Shown piece by piece: positions 1-14,228 of a stretch of 64,000 nt of DNA. Location of the stretch: assembly GCF_006345805.1 (NCBI RefSeq), contig NC_043002.1, forward strand, positions 59,954,001 to 60,018,000, in the 5' to 3' direction. Every line of letters starts with the position of its first letter. The first letter of the stretch is position 1. The position numbers and the translations under genes were made by a program. The notes beneath the pieces were generated by a model. It was given only the letters and a program-made list of their open reading frames with translations. It searched no databases and was not told the origin of the DNA. This DNA is from Octopus sinensis (lineage: Eukaryota).

Positions 1-82
1 GTATGTGTGTGTGTGTTTGCTTGTTCGTGTGTGGGGACACGCGTGAATGTACATATGTCTATAAGGATATCTCTACAGTATT

Positions 83-280
83 GCAGCACAGAATTTTGTC
101 AGTGAACAGGTCGCGGTCTCAAACCGATAAAAATATTTTCGCAAATTTAATTTAAATGTTGGAGAGAATCTAACGGTTTTTGTGTGTTTCTTAAATGGCT
201 TATAAACACCTTCCATGCTGCAATTGTTTTCGTTCCAGTACACGATCTCATATTAGGTCACTTGCTATGCAAGTACATCT
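83..280. mobile_element. ~200-bp unclassified interspersed repeat with target-site duplication
   Basis: Flanked by direct repeat TCTACAGTATT (72-82, 278-288). Reverse-complement copies at ~7875-8043 and ~24684-24875; forward partial copy at ~24878-25002. Confidence 0.75.
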
Positions 281-1019
281 ACAGTATTCTTATGTAGATA
301 TGTATCCGCATAGAGAGTTAAATTTACAGAAAGGTTAAAATCAAACATTTTTATAAAATTATGAAGCGACCTCATGTGATATTGGCGATCAGATGCAATA
401 CCACTTCACCAATTAGAGATATTGTCGTAGAGAAAATACTTCTCTCACAAAATATACGATGGCGGTGATATTGAGCGTAGTGATGGTGATAGTAAGGGAG
501 ACGGTATGTCTTGTTTTATTGAGGGAAGAATGTATGTCCTTATTAAATATTTCCCAACAGTTGCCGTTCTGCAAATAACTGCTTATAATTTAAATTTAGT
601 GATGAGATTTTGATTTATCAAATTATACATAAAAACAGGATGACATTCTAGGACACATATACACAACATTAAAAACATAATTATACATACATACAAACAC
701 ACACACACGCAATCATGAAAATATATACTAACATACTTATATATAATCGATACCTGTATACATATCTGTATGCATGTAGGCATTAGCAAATCATAAATTC
801 TCCAATTTGTTCTATACAACGAATGTATAGTCAATTGGACTTAATTTCGTACAATAACTCTCCTGTCTATTTCCTTTTCTAGTTCACCCCCTGTTTCTCT
901 ATCAGTCTCTTTCTCCTTAATACATACTTAAAATTCAAACATGTGTGTATATATACAAACATTTGTGTATTTATATGTGTGTATGCACATGCACAGAGAT
1001 ACACCCACGTATATATACA

Positions 1020-1108
<89 letters not shown>

Positions 1109-1323
1109 TATAGATATGCTTGTGTGTTTGACACTAGGTGTCTGATCGTGACTGTTCTGATTTGTGTGTTTGTTATGAATTTATGCTTCTCCAGCGTTAC
1201 CAGACATTGAAAAATCATCATATACTTTAGCTCTCACTCCAAACTACAGATACGTGTACACATACACACGTTGTAACAATATGCAAAATTAAACATTTCC
1301 CTCTTATAATGTCTAATTCTTTG

Positions 1324-1367
<44 letters not shown>

Positions 1368-1368
1368 T

Positions 1369-1415
<47 letters not shown>

Positions 1416-1425
1416 CCGTCTCTCC

Positions 1426-1509
<84 letters not shown>

Positions 1510-1622
1510 GCATATACATAGATAGATACATATATATATATAATATATATATACATATTTATATATATGTATATAAATATATATATATATACATATAATA
1601 TATATATATATACATATTTATA

Positions 1623-1653
<31 letters not shown>

Positions 1654-1657
1654 TTAT

Positions 1658-1747
<90 letters not shown>

Positions 1748-1795
1748 ATATATATAAATATATACATATATATATATATAAATATATATATATAA

Positions 1796-1827
<32 letters not shown>

Positions 1828-1960
1828 TTCAAATTCTTTGCTATATATATATATATATATACATTGATGTGTGTGTTCAGGTCTTTTAGAGATATGTGTG
1901 TGCCTGTGTGCGTGCGTGTATGCGTGTGTGTGTCTATGTGTGTGTGTGTGTGTGTATCTA
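1020..1960. repeat. Compound microsatellite block (TA)n/(TATC)n/(TC)n/(TG)n
   Basis: Directly visible. Representative of dozens of similar tracts in the window. Confidence 0.95.
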
Positions 1961-3311
1961 TCACTCTGTAAATGCATACGCAGACGAAATATAAATACAG
2001 AAATATGCCAGCCTCCTGTTTTCCAACTGAAGGTGAAATAGAAAGAAAAAAAAACAAAATTTACTAAATCCACGTTCGCAGACATTGTTTGCATATTAAA
2101 AAGCATGATAAGTGAAATGAAAGAATTTAATGAAAGCTGTTGGACTGTAACATTATTCTAAAACCCATGTTAGGTTCATTAGTATATGGAGAGGATTTCA
2201 AACATGTTTATTAACGTTTGTTTGTAGTGGCCTAAAGTATCTGATCTTTATTTTAGCTTCTACATTCCGCATGCATATATGGATGCTTGTATGTACATAT
2301 GTATCTCTCTGTGTGCCTCTCCTGTTATCTACCTAACTATCTATCTATGTTACTCTCCGAATCTCCATATACACATATACTTAGACAAATACACATATAT
2401 ATTTCTTCGAAGTTTGGAGTAAATCCCAGCACAAATGATGAAAAGCTTCTTTTGACTGCAATATATGTACGCTCAGCAGGGTGGAATAATAACAGACGTC
2501 ATAGTATACTTACATATAAATGTACAGCAAAAGACATTTTCAAAAATATTGATCAATCTTATATTATCAATAATATTAATAAGAGAGGATTGTTATTTGC
2601 TTGCTGCGCTGCAATGTGCATAAGTTACTTAAAGTACATTTGAGCAATGCAAATCGTTAATATGGATAAAGATAGTCGTGATATGGAAGGTGATATCAAT
2701 ATATGAAAAGGAAGATGAATCTGGTCTGGTGCCTTCTTGCTTAGAAAGCCTAAAACACTCCGATTGACCTTCTGGAAACAGCAAACCTCTCCGAAGACGA
2801 TTTTTGAGTTCTTGCGTTTTCGCTTGAGAAGGTGAATATTTTCCGAAATATTATAGGGTCATTAAAACAACTATGTAAGGTAATAAATACATTCCCATTT
2901 TATTTTCCTATATTGCCAAACCCCTACAAATTTTGCTTAACTTTTAGTCTCCATTACTCAACGTTCTCACCATTTCCATCTTTTGAGATAAGATAATCAG
3001 TTTGCTCTCACATAGGCACAAACATATGAATATAATTCTCCTTTAATTTTTTATCGAAATTATTAAACATTTACATTCTCATATGCCATTCTTATAATAA
3101 CGTTTGACAATGATAGTAAAAATATAATGCATTAACAATTGCTTTCTAAATTTTTGTACTGAGTCAACAATGTTAAGAGAGGAAAATAAATGGTTACAAC
3201 GATCCAGTACTCAACGAGTACTTATTTCGTTGACTGAGAAAGAATACAAGACAAAATCGACTTCGGCGGGATTTCAGATCAAAGTAATAAAAGATATATT
3301 GGTGAAGTTGA

Positions 3312-3428
3312 TGGTTGTTGTTTGATCCTTCTCGAGCCAGGCCTGGCTATAGCCCGGTTTGAGATTCGAACCCGCGATCCCTCGACCGCGAGTACGCTGC
3401 TCTAAACACTAGGCCATGTGCCTCCACG
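3312..3428 (-). mobile_element. Internally deleted tRNA-derived SINE
   Basis: Minus strand has A box TGGCCTAGTG and B box GGTTCGAATCT joined directly to a short tail ending in (CAA)n. Confidence 0.65.
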
Positions 3429-4504
3429 AAGTTGATGGTGGTGATGGTAATAATACTAAAAACGATGGTGATGATCCTTGAGGATAATGATGATGGAGAT
3501 CATGGTGATGGGGATCACAATGTTTATGATGGTGATGAACACAGAGAAGATGATGACGATGATGAGGATGATGTGGGTTAGCGGCTGTGGTGGTCACGGT
3601 GCTGATTGTAAAGGGAAAAGAGGGTAAAGATATAGTGGAATTTAATGATGACAATAACATGTGGCGACAGCAACGACGATGACAACAACATCAATGACAA
3701 CAACGATGAAGACAATGATAACGATGCATCCATCATGTCAGCAATGGCGATGACAGTCATAGCAACAGCTTGATGACGATTACACTGAAACAACAATAAC
3801 AGACGATGATTATAACGACGACTGGAATGGTTTTAAGGATAATGGCTTCTGTTCTTTAAACAATGGCAGGAATTTGCATCGGAAAGTATGAACTTAGGAA
3901 TCAATCTTGTAAATAAATAATTATTGATTTCAAAGAATTGTAAGGCAAAGTAATCTCCGCCAGGGATTCACCTGAGAGCCCAAAGGGAGAGAATAAAATA
4001 CAATTAGCGCATTTAATTCGACGCTCTGTTATATCCGTCACTTATTTCCTTTGACTAACAACAAAAATCGATTTTAGTTAACTATTATAATCGACGAAAT
4101 CATTACCGTGATTTACACGTTCTTATTTCATCGATGCAAATGATTTGAATTCAAAAGTTAGAAACATGAACTTCACGCTACTAAGAGGTTATGATTTATT
4201 ACAATAGAACGTTGCTGTGTGTGAACTTATCTCATTATAGCAGTCGTATTATCGTATGTATGTTTAACGACACAAAAGTCGACCTCTGAAGAATATGGAT
4301 TCAGAATATTCTGAAAGAAAACTAAGAATCCTTTGTAAGTAAAGTAATGGAATCGTTCAAGACATTATTTACAACGGTAACTCAAAATCACTCTCCATTT
4401 CAAAATTAGAAAGGCTTCTTTTTTAAAATTAAACAATGAAATCATTTGAGGTTTGTCATATTCTTAAATAAATCAAAAGTTATTTCAAATATTTTGTCAT
4501 CTAT

Positions 4505-4852
4505 ATTTTACTTGTTTCAGTGAACTGAATGTGTTCAAGGGTTTAGTCGAACCGGTTTTCCCAAAACTTATTTATAACCCTGGTACGTATTCTGTTCGGT
4601 TTCTTTGCCGATCCGATAAGTCACGTACACGTAAATAAAGCAGCACGTGTTGTCATGAAGTGCTGAGGAACAAATACGCAGACATGCGCAGTAATACCAT
4701 ATATGTACGACAGGCTTCCACACGGCTCCGTTTGCCAAATTCACTCACAAGGCATTGGTCCGTCAAAGCCTCTATGTAGAGGAGCCTTGCGCAAATTGCC
4801 GCGTAGTGTCACTAAATATGTGATGGTAAAGCAAGCTTCTTAACAACGCAAA
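4505..4852 (-). mobile_element. tRNA-derived SINE family A (central microsatellite type), degenerate
   Basis: Colinear similarity to the better-preserved copy at 62917-63380. Confidence 0.7.
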
Positions 4853-6835
4853 CGATATAATGTTAATGGAAATTGTTTTAAAATGTTAGAAGATGACACA
4901 TTGAAGTGAAATTTTCTAGGAAATTATAGGAAATCTGAATGCTTTCAATGGTGTATATTTATGAACTACTTATGGATTGATCAAGGCGGTGAATTGGAAG
5001 ATTCGTTTGAAGAGTTAGTATCATTTCTTGCGTTGTTCATGTCGGGTCTCTGCATGATTTTCTGTATCCATTCATATCACCGCAGTATTTTGAGGAAATA
5101 ATAGCAAGAAATAGCGCCACTATTTATGTTGTAAGTTATATTTTCGGTCGGCGCTTCCTGGTATTTTCATGTTTTCCTTGCCCTTATATATTTATCACTA
5201 CCAAAATAAAGACGAGTGACTATAAATTCCATAATGATAATTACGAATATGTGATGGAGCCTGGTGATAAAGATAATCGTGAATAAATAGAGGTTCTACT
5301 ATTGTGAATGAATGAGTATGTTCTTTCATTTAGGTTATTGAATGTGAGATTCACCATTTCTGAAAACTCCATAACTTTCAAAATATTCATATCTTTTACG
5401 CTGCATATTAAACGCGCCTTTTTATCTAATATATTACCTTTTAAAATATATATATATAAACCCATTTATATCAGTACATATACTTGAAAAACAAATCATA
5501 GGCAAGAACGGTGTCAAACCAATTGTATAACAACGCATATGCAGTTGGAACAAATTCTTTATACGAAACGAAATCCTTAAATAATAACTGATGTTGACAC
5601 CGAGAAATAAAGACGGGATAAGATTTAGAGATAATACAGAGAGGCGTAACACATTCTACAAGTTTAAGCATTTATGGTTCCTTCCACTTGACACATGGCA
5701 GCAAAACCTATGCTTTAACCCTATGGTTGTCGTTTTTTTTTTATCACATGTGATACGTGGAACATATTTTACTTGACATCGTGCATGTGTATCATATATA
5801 AAACTCGTCATCATTTTTCCACCCCCAAAGTACAATGGGACATCCAAAATTGCTCAGAACGAATCACACAAAGGCTAACTAAACGACATAAAACGGACGT
5901 GGACGTTCAGAACAAATTTATGAAAATAACATAGACTGGTAAAGGGTCAAATATTATACTGCTCAATCTAACGAAAGATAATAAACATCAATGAATAACT
6001 TTAGATAGACTGCTTTAGTAAATTGTCTTTAGTTTCTTATGAAATATATTAGTTGAGCAAAGAAACTCGAAAGTTTATTTATTGTAAAAGATCGTATCAT
6101 GTATTTCTGTATTTATAATTTAGAAACTAATCTAATAACAACTTCATCAGTACATCATTCATATATTCTTTCTTTTTTTCCATTCTCTCCTTCAGAAATT
6201 AAGTTAATATCTCTTGTACGCCTTTACGACTGTCTAGAGACGGAATCAAATTTTTGTTCAACTCGATTTTATGTTTCTAACAACCGTTGATATTGGTCTG
6301 TAGCTACACATTGTGAACAATGTAATTTACTAAATAAAGTATTAATCAACAAAAAGGATGCTGAAGAAAGACCAAATAAAATATATATTAACCCTCTATT
6401 CAATGGGGAATGATTAATGAATGAGAATGTGTCTGAGGGGAGCTGAGATGGCAGAGTAAATGATACATTCAAAGATCCGATCGCGATGATAACGTCATAG
6501 ACAGTGGTGTGCAGATGATTTGATCTGTTGCCCCCTGACTAGGCATTAATCTGTACTTTTTCCACATCCATCACACCACAGAGGGAAAAAAAGTGATTTC
6601 AGATTAAAGAATATAGTTAGTTTACGCTTAAAACTCTTTACCCAGCTGACACAAACAGCTAACATTTTTATTGTAAATCAATTTATTTATTGTTTGGTCG
6701 ACTGATTCAACAAACAACAAAAGTGATTCGAAAATTGCATGAGTTTATATCAGCCACTATTCACCCACTTTTCATGAGTGTATATTAGAATTTATGATTT
6801 AATCGCCTCTAGATGCACTTTATATTGGCGAAGTT

Positions 6836-7060
6836 TAACCCTTTAATGTTTAAACCGGTCTAATCAGGCCTAAATATTCTACCTGTTTTCCATTCAGATC
6901 AGCCAGATGTAATATCTCACACTTACCAAACAATGTCATTCTAAAAATAAACAATCAGATGATCTAAATCTTTATACCATGAGATAATGCCTGATTAACT
7001 CAAAACAACGTGGTTAAATAAGTATTTCATTTGACAGGATAATCTTAATGCCAAGAGGTG
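6836..7060. mobile_element. piggyBac-like MITE relic
   Basis: Starts TTAACCCTTT, with a degenerate right end. Colinear related copy at ~24376-24583 also starts TTAACCCTT. Confidence 0.5.
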
Positions 7061-7874
7061 GAACAACACGAGTTAATTGAATATTATTCCATAATTATCT
7101 TAATATAGTAATATATAATTAGTTATTTTAAGTTTTCTTGTAATATTATATTTTTGAACTTACCTCTAAATAATATCGAACGAAAGTGTTCTGCAGAAAT
7201 AAATGAATCTATCTAGTTCGTAATACTTTGGAGAAGCGTGGCTACGATCAGAATTACTTAAATGTCCAACGTTAATAACCTGTTGATATATTCTTTGGTG
7301 ATGATGAGGAATATGCTTCCCTGTTGCAAGAAATTCAAATATGCTAGGTAAAGCTACTGTAAATATATTCATTTAGTCTGTCATGTGTGAGAGAGCGGAG
7401 AAAGCATAACTGCAAATGGAAGAAATATAGGCAGTGTGAGCCAGATGGGAATGAGGTCATTACATCGTCGTTGCCAGAAAGAAGAGTATACAGTATCAAT
7501 GACAAAGTAAGTAGCTCCTACGAATGCACTGCAAAAACTCAGAATAGTCTAGTGAGCAAGACAATATTTGTGTCTGCAATTATGTCTTAGATCAAAGTTA
7601 TGAAAATGTATCTCATTCTTGACATAATTTAAATAACATTTAACACAGAAGACAAAAACCTCAAAAATTTGGTTAAAATATTGGAAGGATCGGCGTTAAT
7701 CGAGGACGGGAGAAGCGGGATTCTCATCGTTTTTTTTGTGGGGGGCGGGATGAATATCGTTGTCAAAATTTCATGACCGAGAATTTTTTTCACGTTGTAC
7801 AGTATTATCTTCGTTATCAGTGTGAGGCATGATAGGATGCTTGTGATGTTTTATATGAAATTGTATTTTACATT

Positions 7875-8043
7875 ACGGAGATGTACTTGCATAGCAAGTG
7901 ACCTGATCTGAGATCGTGTGCTGAAACAAAAACAATTGCAGTGTGGAAGGTGTTTATAAGCCATTTAAAAACACACAAAAACTGTTAGATTCACTTCAAC
8001 ATTTAAATTTAATTTGCAAAAATATTGTCAGTGAACAGGTCGC
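7875..8043. mobile_element. Copy of the 83-280 repeat in reverse orientation
   Basis: GAGATGTACTTGCATAGCAAGTGACCT...GTCAGTGAACAGGTCGC; a short terminal piece is inverted relative to the body. Confidence 0.75.
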
Positions 8044-8184
8044 TTTTACCTTGTACAAGTTGATTCCGAGTTCCACCTTTTTTTAAAGTGTTCTGAATGA
8101 AAACCCACCATGAAAATTATTGATTTAAGTTCCAAATATGAGCTTAATAATGACAAAGTTATTTTATCAAATCGTTCATCTTCC

Positions 8185-8792
8185 TCGTTATCACTTGACG
8201 TCCACTTTCTCATGCCTGCATGGGTCAGATGAAATTTGTTGAGGCAGATTTTCTATGGCTGGATGCCTTCGCTGTCACAGACACTCACCTTTTTCCAAGT
8301 AAAATAATATTTTCCCATAGCTAAACATGTTCTTTTTATGGAAAACTAGGAATGAACAACCCCACTTGTATGACAACGATGCTCATTTACAACAAGCATA
8401 TGATATCTAGATAAAAGGTACACATTAAACACAGACACAGATACACGTATAAATAAGCATAAACATTAATATGATGGGCTTCTTTAATTTTGTATTTCTT
8501 AGATCAGTGGTTCCCAAACTATGAGTCCCGACCCACAGATGGGTCACGAACGGAATCTTAGTGGGTCGCAAAAAGTTATAAAATTACGCATTAGCTTTGA
8601 TTAACTGCTGTCTATCCAGATAGTTCAAGGGTCGCGACTCTAAAATGTTTGGGAACCACTGTCTTAGATAAACTCATGTGGCTTTGGCGTTATTGTAAAA
8701 GAGTAGAAAATATTTTCACAAGCTGCTGCAGAGTGGGACTGAACACAAGACCACATGGTTGGGAAGCAAGCTTCTTAACCACACAGCCATAC
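8185..8792 (-). mobile_element. SINE with family-A tRNA head and an alternative 3' tail, interrupted by a hAT MITE
   Basis: Head at 8700-8792 matches family A (GGGACTGAAC...CTTCTTAACCACACAGCCA). Segment 8185-8400 differs from the family-A tail. Confidence 0.6.
8505..8661. mobile_element. hAT (Charlie-like) MITE, 157 bp
   Basis: Perfect 15-bp TIRs CAGTGGTTCCCAAAC/GTTTGGGAACCACTG and 8-bp TSD TCTTAGAT (8497-8504, 8662-8669). Confidence 0.92.
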
Positions 8793-9142
8793 TGGCATTA
8801 AAACGTAGAGAAAGGAATAATTATTTAAAACATTGATTGAAGGAAATGTAGCAAACTGCAACAGAACAATGGTAACAAACTCATATCTGAGTTTAGATTG
8901 ATTTATCAAGAGACAAAAAGTTAAAAGTTCAAGTTTGAGTTACGAGCAGCGTGCCACACTTTAGGTTTTGACACAGAGTATTGTTCTAGAGAATGTCTGT
9001 GAAAACATAAGAAATTTAGAAGTTTGTTTTTAATGTAATTTGGTGATAGTGCGATCTTAAGATGACAGTACAAGATATTTGCATTTATGTACATTTAGAA
9101 GTATTTTTTGTCAACGTTTTGCAGATTAAAATGATTTGGGAA

Positions 9143-9521
9143 TTACATAGACAATACATTTCGTAGGATATGAGCAGCTCCCATAAGTATTAGTTTTTGA
9201 ATTTCGTCTATTTTTGGATTTCCTCTTATATGAGATAGATAGCAAATAGCCCATTCCAAGGCATCTATGGCAACAGGTATTGTTTTAGTTTTGAGGTTCC
9301 ACATTTTGCCAATTTCTATTTCAAAATCTTTATACTTGATCAGTTTATGGTAGGTCTTGACGGATAAATTGAAGTCCATTGCAACGGTCATGATGAGGCG
9401 TGACTTTTGTCTGAAAATCTTCAATATAATGTCTGGCCTATTTTCATCTATCTTTCTGTCAGTTTTAACAGTAAAGTTGCAAAGAAGTCTGATGTGATCA
9501 TTTTCAAGATCTCGAGGCAGC
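9143..9521 (-). pseudogene. R4/Dong-type retrotransposon 3' fragment (restriction-like endonuclease domain)
   Basis: NRPDII...KLIKYKDFEIEIGKMW...GAAHILRNVL, homologous to 16473-16826 and 18363-18764. The 5'-truncated end abuts TTA/TCA repeats. Confidence 0.85.
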
Positions 9522-9671
9522 TTATTATCATCATCATCATCATGAATATTGTTATTATTATTAATATTTTGGTTTTTGTTGTTCTTCAACTTAATATTAT
9601 TATTACTATCATCAACGTCATCACCATCACCATAGCCATCTTCATCATCTTCATCATCATCATCATCATCG

Positions 9672-9704
<33 letters not shown>

Positions 9705-9745
9705 GCATCGTCGTCATCACAGTGGTCATCACCACCACCACCACC

Positions 9746-9801
<56 letters not shown>

Positions 9802-10721
9802 TATCCTAATGCTCATTATTACAGCAGCTGTGCATATTTCTTTGTTGTATAGTGTTGAAGTTGTTGCTGCTGTTCAAGTTATATTTCTGCCTAGCTTCCT
9901 GATCTTTGATGTCGGTTATTTACAACAGTACTTCTATAATTTATTTATTTTCGCTGTTATTGTTATTGTTGTTGTTGTTGTTGTTGTTATTGTGGCAGTG
10001 ACTTTCACTTTCACCTTACATTTTCTTTTGGTTTTGCTGAATTCTGAACGTTTTTGAAAAATTTAATCTAATTTTAATTTACTTTACGCACGAGATATTC
10101 TCTTAAACACATTTGTTTACCAATTCTTATTTAGTTTTATTTATTTTCCCGCCTAACTTTCTACCGCCGTTTTACAGATTATATTTATTCCTTGTCGTAT
10201 AGTTAAACTCCTCCGTTTATTCGTGTTCTTTTTTCTTAATGTCATTCTAGTTCTCTTTGAAATTATTCTTGGTTATTTTCCCCATTATTAATATCAGTTT
10301 TAAAACCTTCACTTTTATTGTTGATATTATTGCCATAGGTTTTATATATTTCTGCTGCTTTGCCATTCTTCTTACTCTGCTTTATATTAACTTCCTGTTT
10401 CATCTTAATCTTAGTCAACTTCTCATTTTGTTTATTGTTCTTCTTGCTCTTCGCTCAATTCTACACCTTCTACAACCATTAAAACCCCCTACCATTACTG
10501 CTGCTATTATAACTCCTCCTCCTCCTCCTCCCCCTCACCTTCCTCCCCTCTACTTCCTCCTCCTCCTTCTCTCTCCTTCTCTTTCTCCTTGGTCTCCTCA
10601 TCCTTCTTCGACTCCTTCACCGTCGTCGTTTTCTTCTTCTTCTTCTTCTTTTTCTTCTTCTTCTTCTTCTTCTTCTTCTTCTTCTTCTTCTTCTACTTTT
10701 TCTTGCTGCACTAGTTTTGTT

Positions 10722-10948
10722 AAGGGAGCCTGTGGAAGCATTGTATCCAGCGTTAGCTCACTGGATATAATGCTTAGCGGCATTTTGTCCGTCTTCACTT
10801 TCTGAGTTCGAATTTCGCCCAGGTCTACTTTGCACTTCATCCTTCTGGGTTAGATAAATAAGTAACACTTTAGAACTGGGGTTGGCATAATCGACTTGGC
10901 CTGTTCCCCGAAACAGCTCGCTTTGCGGCAAAATTTGAAACTATTATT
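10722..10948 (+). mobile_element. SINE family C, degenerate
   Basis: Colinear with the 26345-26812 copies (CGTTAGC..ATGCTTAGCGG..GAGTTCGAATT..CTTCATCCTT..GATAAATAAGTA). Confidence 0.7.
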
Positions 10949-11250
10949 TACATTATTTATACTTGACGAATATTTGTCCTCATCTTGTTTGTTGTTAATA
11001 CAACATTTCAGCTGATATACCCTCCATCCTTTAACAGGTGTCTTGGGAAATTTCGAACCTGGCGTCTCACTCTTAAGGTATTTTTCGATGTTGTTGTTGT
11101 TGTTGTTGTTATTATTATTATTGTTGTTATTATTATTATTATTACTATTATTATTATTATTAAGGTCAATACCGGGAATCGAACTCGGAATCTTAGGTTT
11201 AGTAGCCCGCGTAATGTACATAATTGCTCATCTCTTAAATATGGAACTGT
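10948..11250 (-). mobile_element. tRNA-headed, hammerhead-tailed PLE-like non-autonomous element (copy B)
   Basis: Reverse complement of 35395-35600 with an expanded (AAT/AAC)n linker. The terminal tail at 11211-11250 is inverted relative to the body. Confidence 0.7.
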
Positions 11251-11313
11251 ATTTGAAACCATTGTATATATTATTGCTATTATTATTATTATTATCATTA
11301 TATATTATATATA

Positions 11314-11358
<45 letters not shown>

Positions 11359-11774
11359 CATATATACATATATCTGTATACACATTCATACATATATATA
11401 TATGCATGAATAGAAAATGCAAACTCCTAACTCCTATATGCGTGTAAACAATTATCTAAATGAACAGATAAAACCTTCGGTTTTAATGCACGAGCTGTAT
11501 ATACATGCATACATGTAGAAACAGAAATCAAACTTAAAATTTTCGAATGATTAACAATCAAGTACAAATATATATATTTTTATATAAACATACAACCATA
11601 AATGTGTACACGCGTACGTCTCCCCCCTCTCTCTATATATATGTATATATATGTATATAAATATAATTAACTTTGAGTTGATTACTTAAATTTTGATATC
11701 TTGCTAGTTTGGCATAATCCGCACACCCACACAATATTAATTAACGAGTAGGAAGATATATATTTTTTAATGGC

Positions 11775-12032
11775 GTAAATACTGTTAGAACAATATATAT
11801 ATAGGATAAAATCCTTTCAGAGCAGAAAAACTATTTTTCCCCAACCAGCGAATCGGGTCGAACTCTCACCACTCTAATATCCAATCAGAGTTCTCTAGCT
11901 TTACGCTAAACCGCTGACCGACAAATTCTTTTGCAATTTTAGAAGCGTTGAAATGTATTGTAACTGCTTGCCGACAAATTTATATGCTCTTAAAGAATTT
12001 TATCTTATATATTCTGTTCTAATAGTATTTAC
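11775..12032. mobile_element. Short element with ~55-bp inverted arms enclosing a tRNA-like segment
   Basis: Arms at 11775-11830 and 11979-12032. Minus-strand TTAGCGTAAAG...GAGTTCGACCC at ~11846-11915. Confidence 0.55.
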
Positions 12033-12419
12033 ACGTTGAAAAGTTATACCTTTCTGCATTTTCAGCAATACACTTCAACACTTCAAACACATACTTATGT
12101 TTGTTTATGTATTATGTAATCAATATTAATTAAATATTGACTATCAAGACTCCATGCGGTGATGTTAGTACCTGATATTCCTGTCGTGTGTGCAGACAAC
12201 GCAACCCAGCTAAGAGAAGATATCCGCTCTTGGTAATTCAGACATGTACTTTTATAAAGGTACTTTCTCTAGAATTTCCGAAGTGTAGATTCCAGGTTAG
12301 GTGAACAGAATATAAATGAGTAACAAAGCTGTACAGGTTTCAATTATTTACGGCCGTTTTAGGCGTTTCCTTTAATTGAGTAATGAAAACATGACTTCAA
12401 TTCGAAATATATACATACA

Positions 12420-12455
<36 letters not shown>

Positions 12456-12457
12456 TA

Positions 12458-12519
<62 letters not shown>

Positions 12520-12534
12520 TAATAATAATAATAT

Positions 12535-12700
12535 TAGGGAATAAATCCAAACTTACAGGGAAAAATTAGATTTAGGATTAAATCCAATTTTATAGTATAA
12601 ATATATTATATTATATTAAATTAGAGATAAAACTACTATTAGGCAAATCAAACAGTGAAAAACATAAGCCAATACATAAAATTAATTTTAAAATATTAAA
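12535..12700 (-). mobile_element. 3' tail fragment related to the hammerhead-bearing element at 50.4-51.2 kb
   Basis: 12620-12685 (TTAGAGATAAAACTACTATT..CAAACAG..CAATACATAAAATT) is the reverse complement homologue of 51140-51203. Confidence 0.65.
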
Positions 12701-12944
12701 AAATGATTTAAATAATTTAAACTTATAAATTTTAAATATATATATACAAATATATATATATATATATAATATATATGTATATTTTTATATTTATATATTA
12801 TTTTATTCATTAATTAATTTATTTATATATAAGTTGTTTATATAACCTTTAAAGGTATTTTTTAATATGCTGGCCATTTATCCTACATTTTCGAAAGAAT
12901 TTTATTCTACATTTTCGAAAACATTTTATCCTACATTAAATATA

Positions 12945-13076
<132 letters not shown>

Positions 13077-13093
13077 CATATATATACATACAA

Positions 13094-13133
<40 letters not shown>

Positions 13134-13149
13134 GTATACATACATATAT

Positions 13150-13195
<46 letters not shown>

Positions 13196-14161
13196 TATAT
13201 ATATATATATATATATACATATGTATGCAGATATAATTACTTTAGCTTGATTCATTCGATTAAATGTTTTTCGAGATGGTTCCGCGGCATAGCTGCTGTC
13301 TAATGACAAGGGAAATTACCAACAATATGTTCACATAGTATATTTCTTTTCCCTAGAATGTGTATCATGTAGTCTATGGAAACGTGTTGCTAGTAGTTTC
13401 CATGATCAGGTAGTACTACAAATGTTAATTGGAAGTAAATATACGTAAACGAATATCTAATAATAATTTCTTTAGATTACGATACGTTGCAAATGTCAAT
13501 TTAAGGTTATGAAGCTTCATGCACTTTTCACTTACTAAGTAAATGGAAATAGATATACAGTGTTGAGAGAGAGAGAGAGAGGGAGAAAGAGAGAGAGAGA
13601 GAGAGAAAGAGAAAGAGAGAGGAAGAGGAAGAGAGAGACAGACAGACAGACAGAGGCGGGAAAAACTAACGGAAACGATGTGACGTCAGTGAATAAATTC
13701 ATTTATATCTATGTTTTGTTTTTGGAAGGAAAAATAAACGGGAGACAACATGATAGATATTACGCATTAGATTTAAGATGGACTCTGCAGCGACATGTTG
13801 TCTTTATTGGTCTAACATAAAGAAGAATTCGTTGAGGAATTTAACGTTTGTACTATGATTAATATAGAGGCGAAAACATTAACCGAAAACTCTTTTCATA
13901 ACACGCAATAGAATAGTTAAGTTAGTGTTTGTTTATTTAATACAGGCCTATTTAAAACCTAATTACAAGTAACTAATTTGTATACAGAAAGTTAATACTA
14001 GAGATAAACGATTATATGCTTCGGTCTTCTGTTCTAACTCAATTCATTTACTGTAAAATGTTTAAAAGAATCGCTAAAAAGCTGTATGTGATGGTACAAT
14101 AGTTACCATATCTGCATTTAGCTTCGAGAATAGTTTCGTGCTTATGCACGGATATTATTGC

Positions 14162-14165
14162 AGTG

Positions 14166-14228
<63 letters not shown>

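Noticed and set aside
83-280. Hammerhead within the 83-280 repeat family
   Set aside because: CTGA and GAAA words occur, but no CUGANGA core with compatible stems was found on either strand.
928-2106. YI/CV/TH-rich ORFs here and throughout the ORF track, plus poly-I, -L, -V, -S, -E and -K ORFs
   Set aside because: They are translations of di- and trinucleotide microsatellites with no coding signal.
5880-6300. Possible decayed PLE fragments (also ~52600-53300)
   Set aside because: Similarity too faint to support without a profile search.
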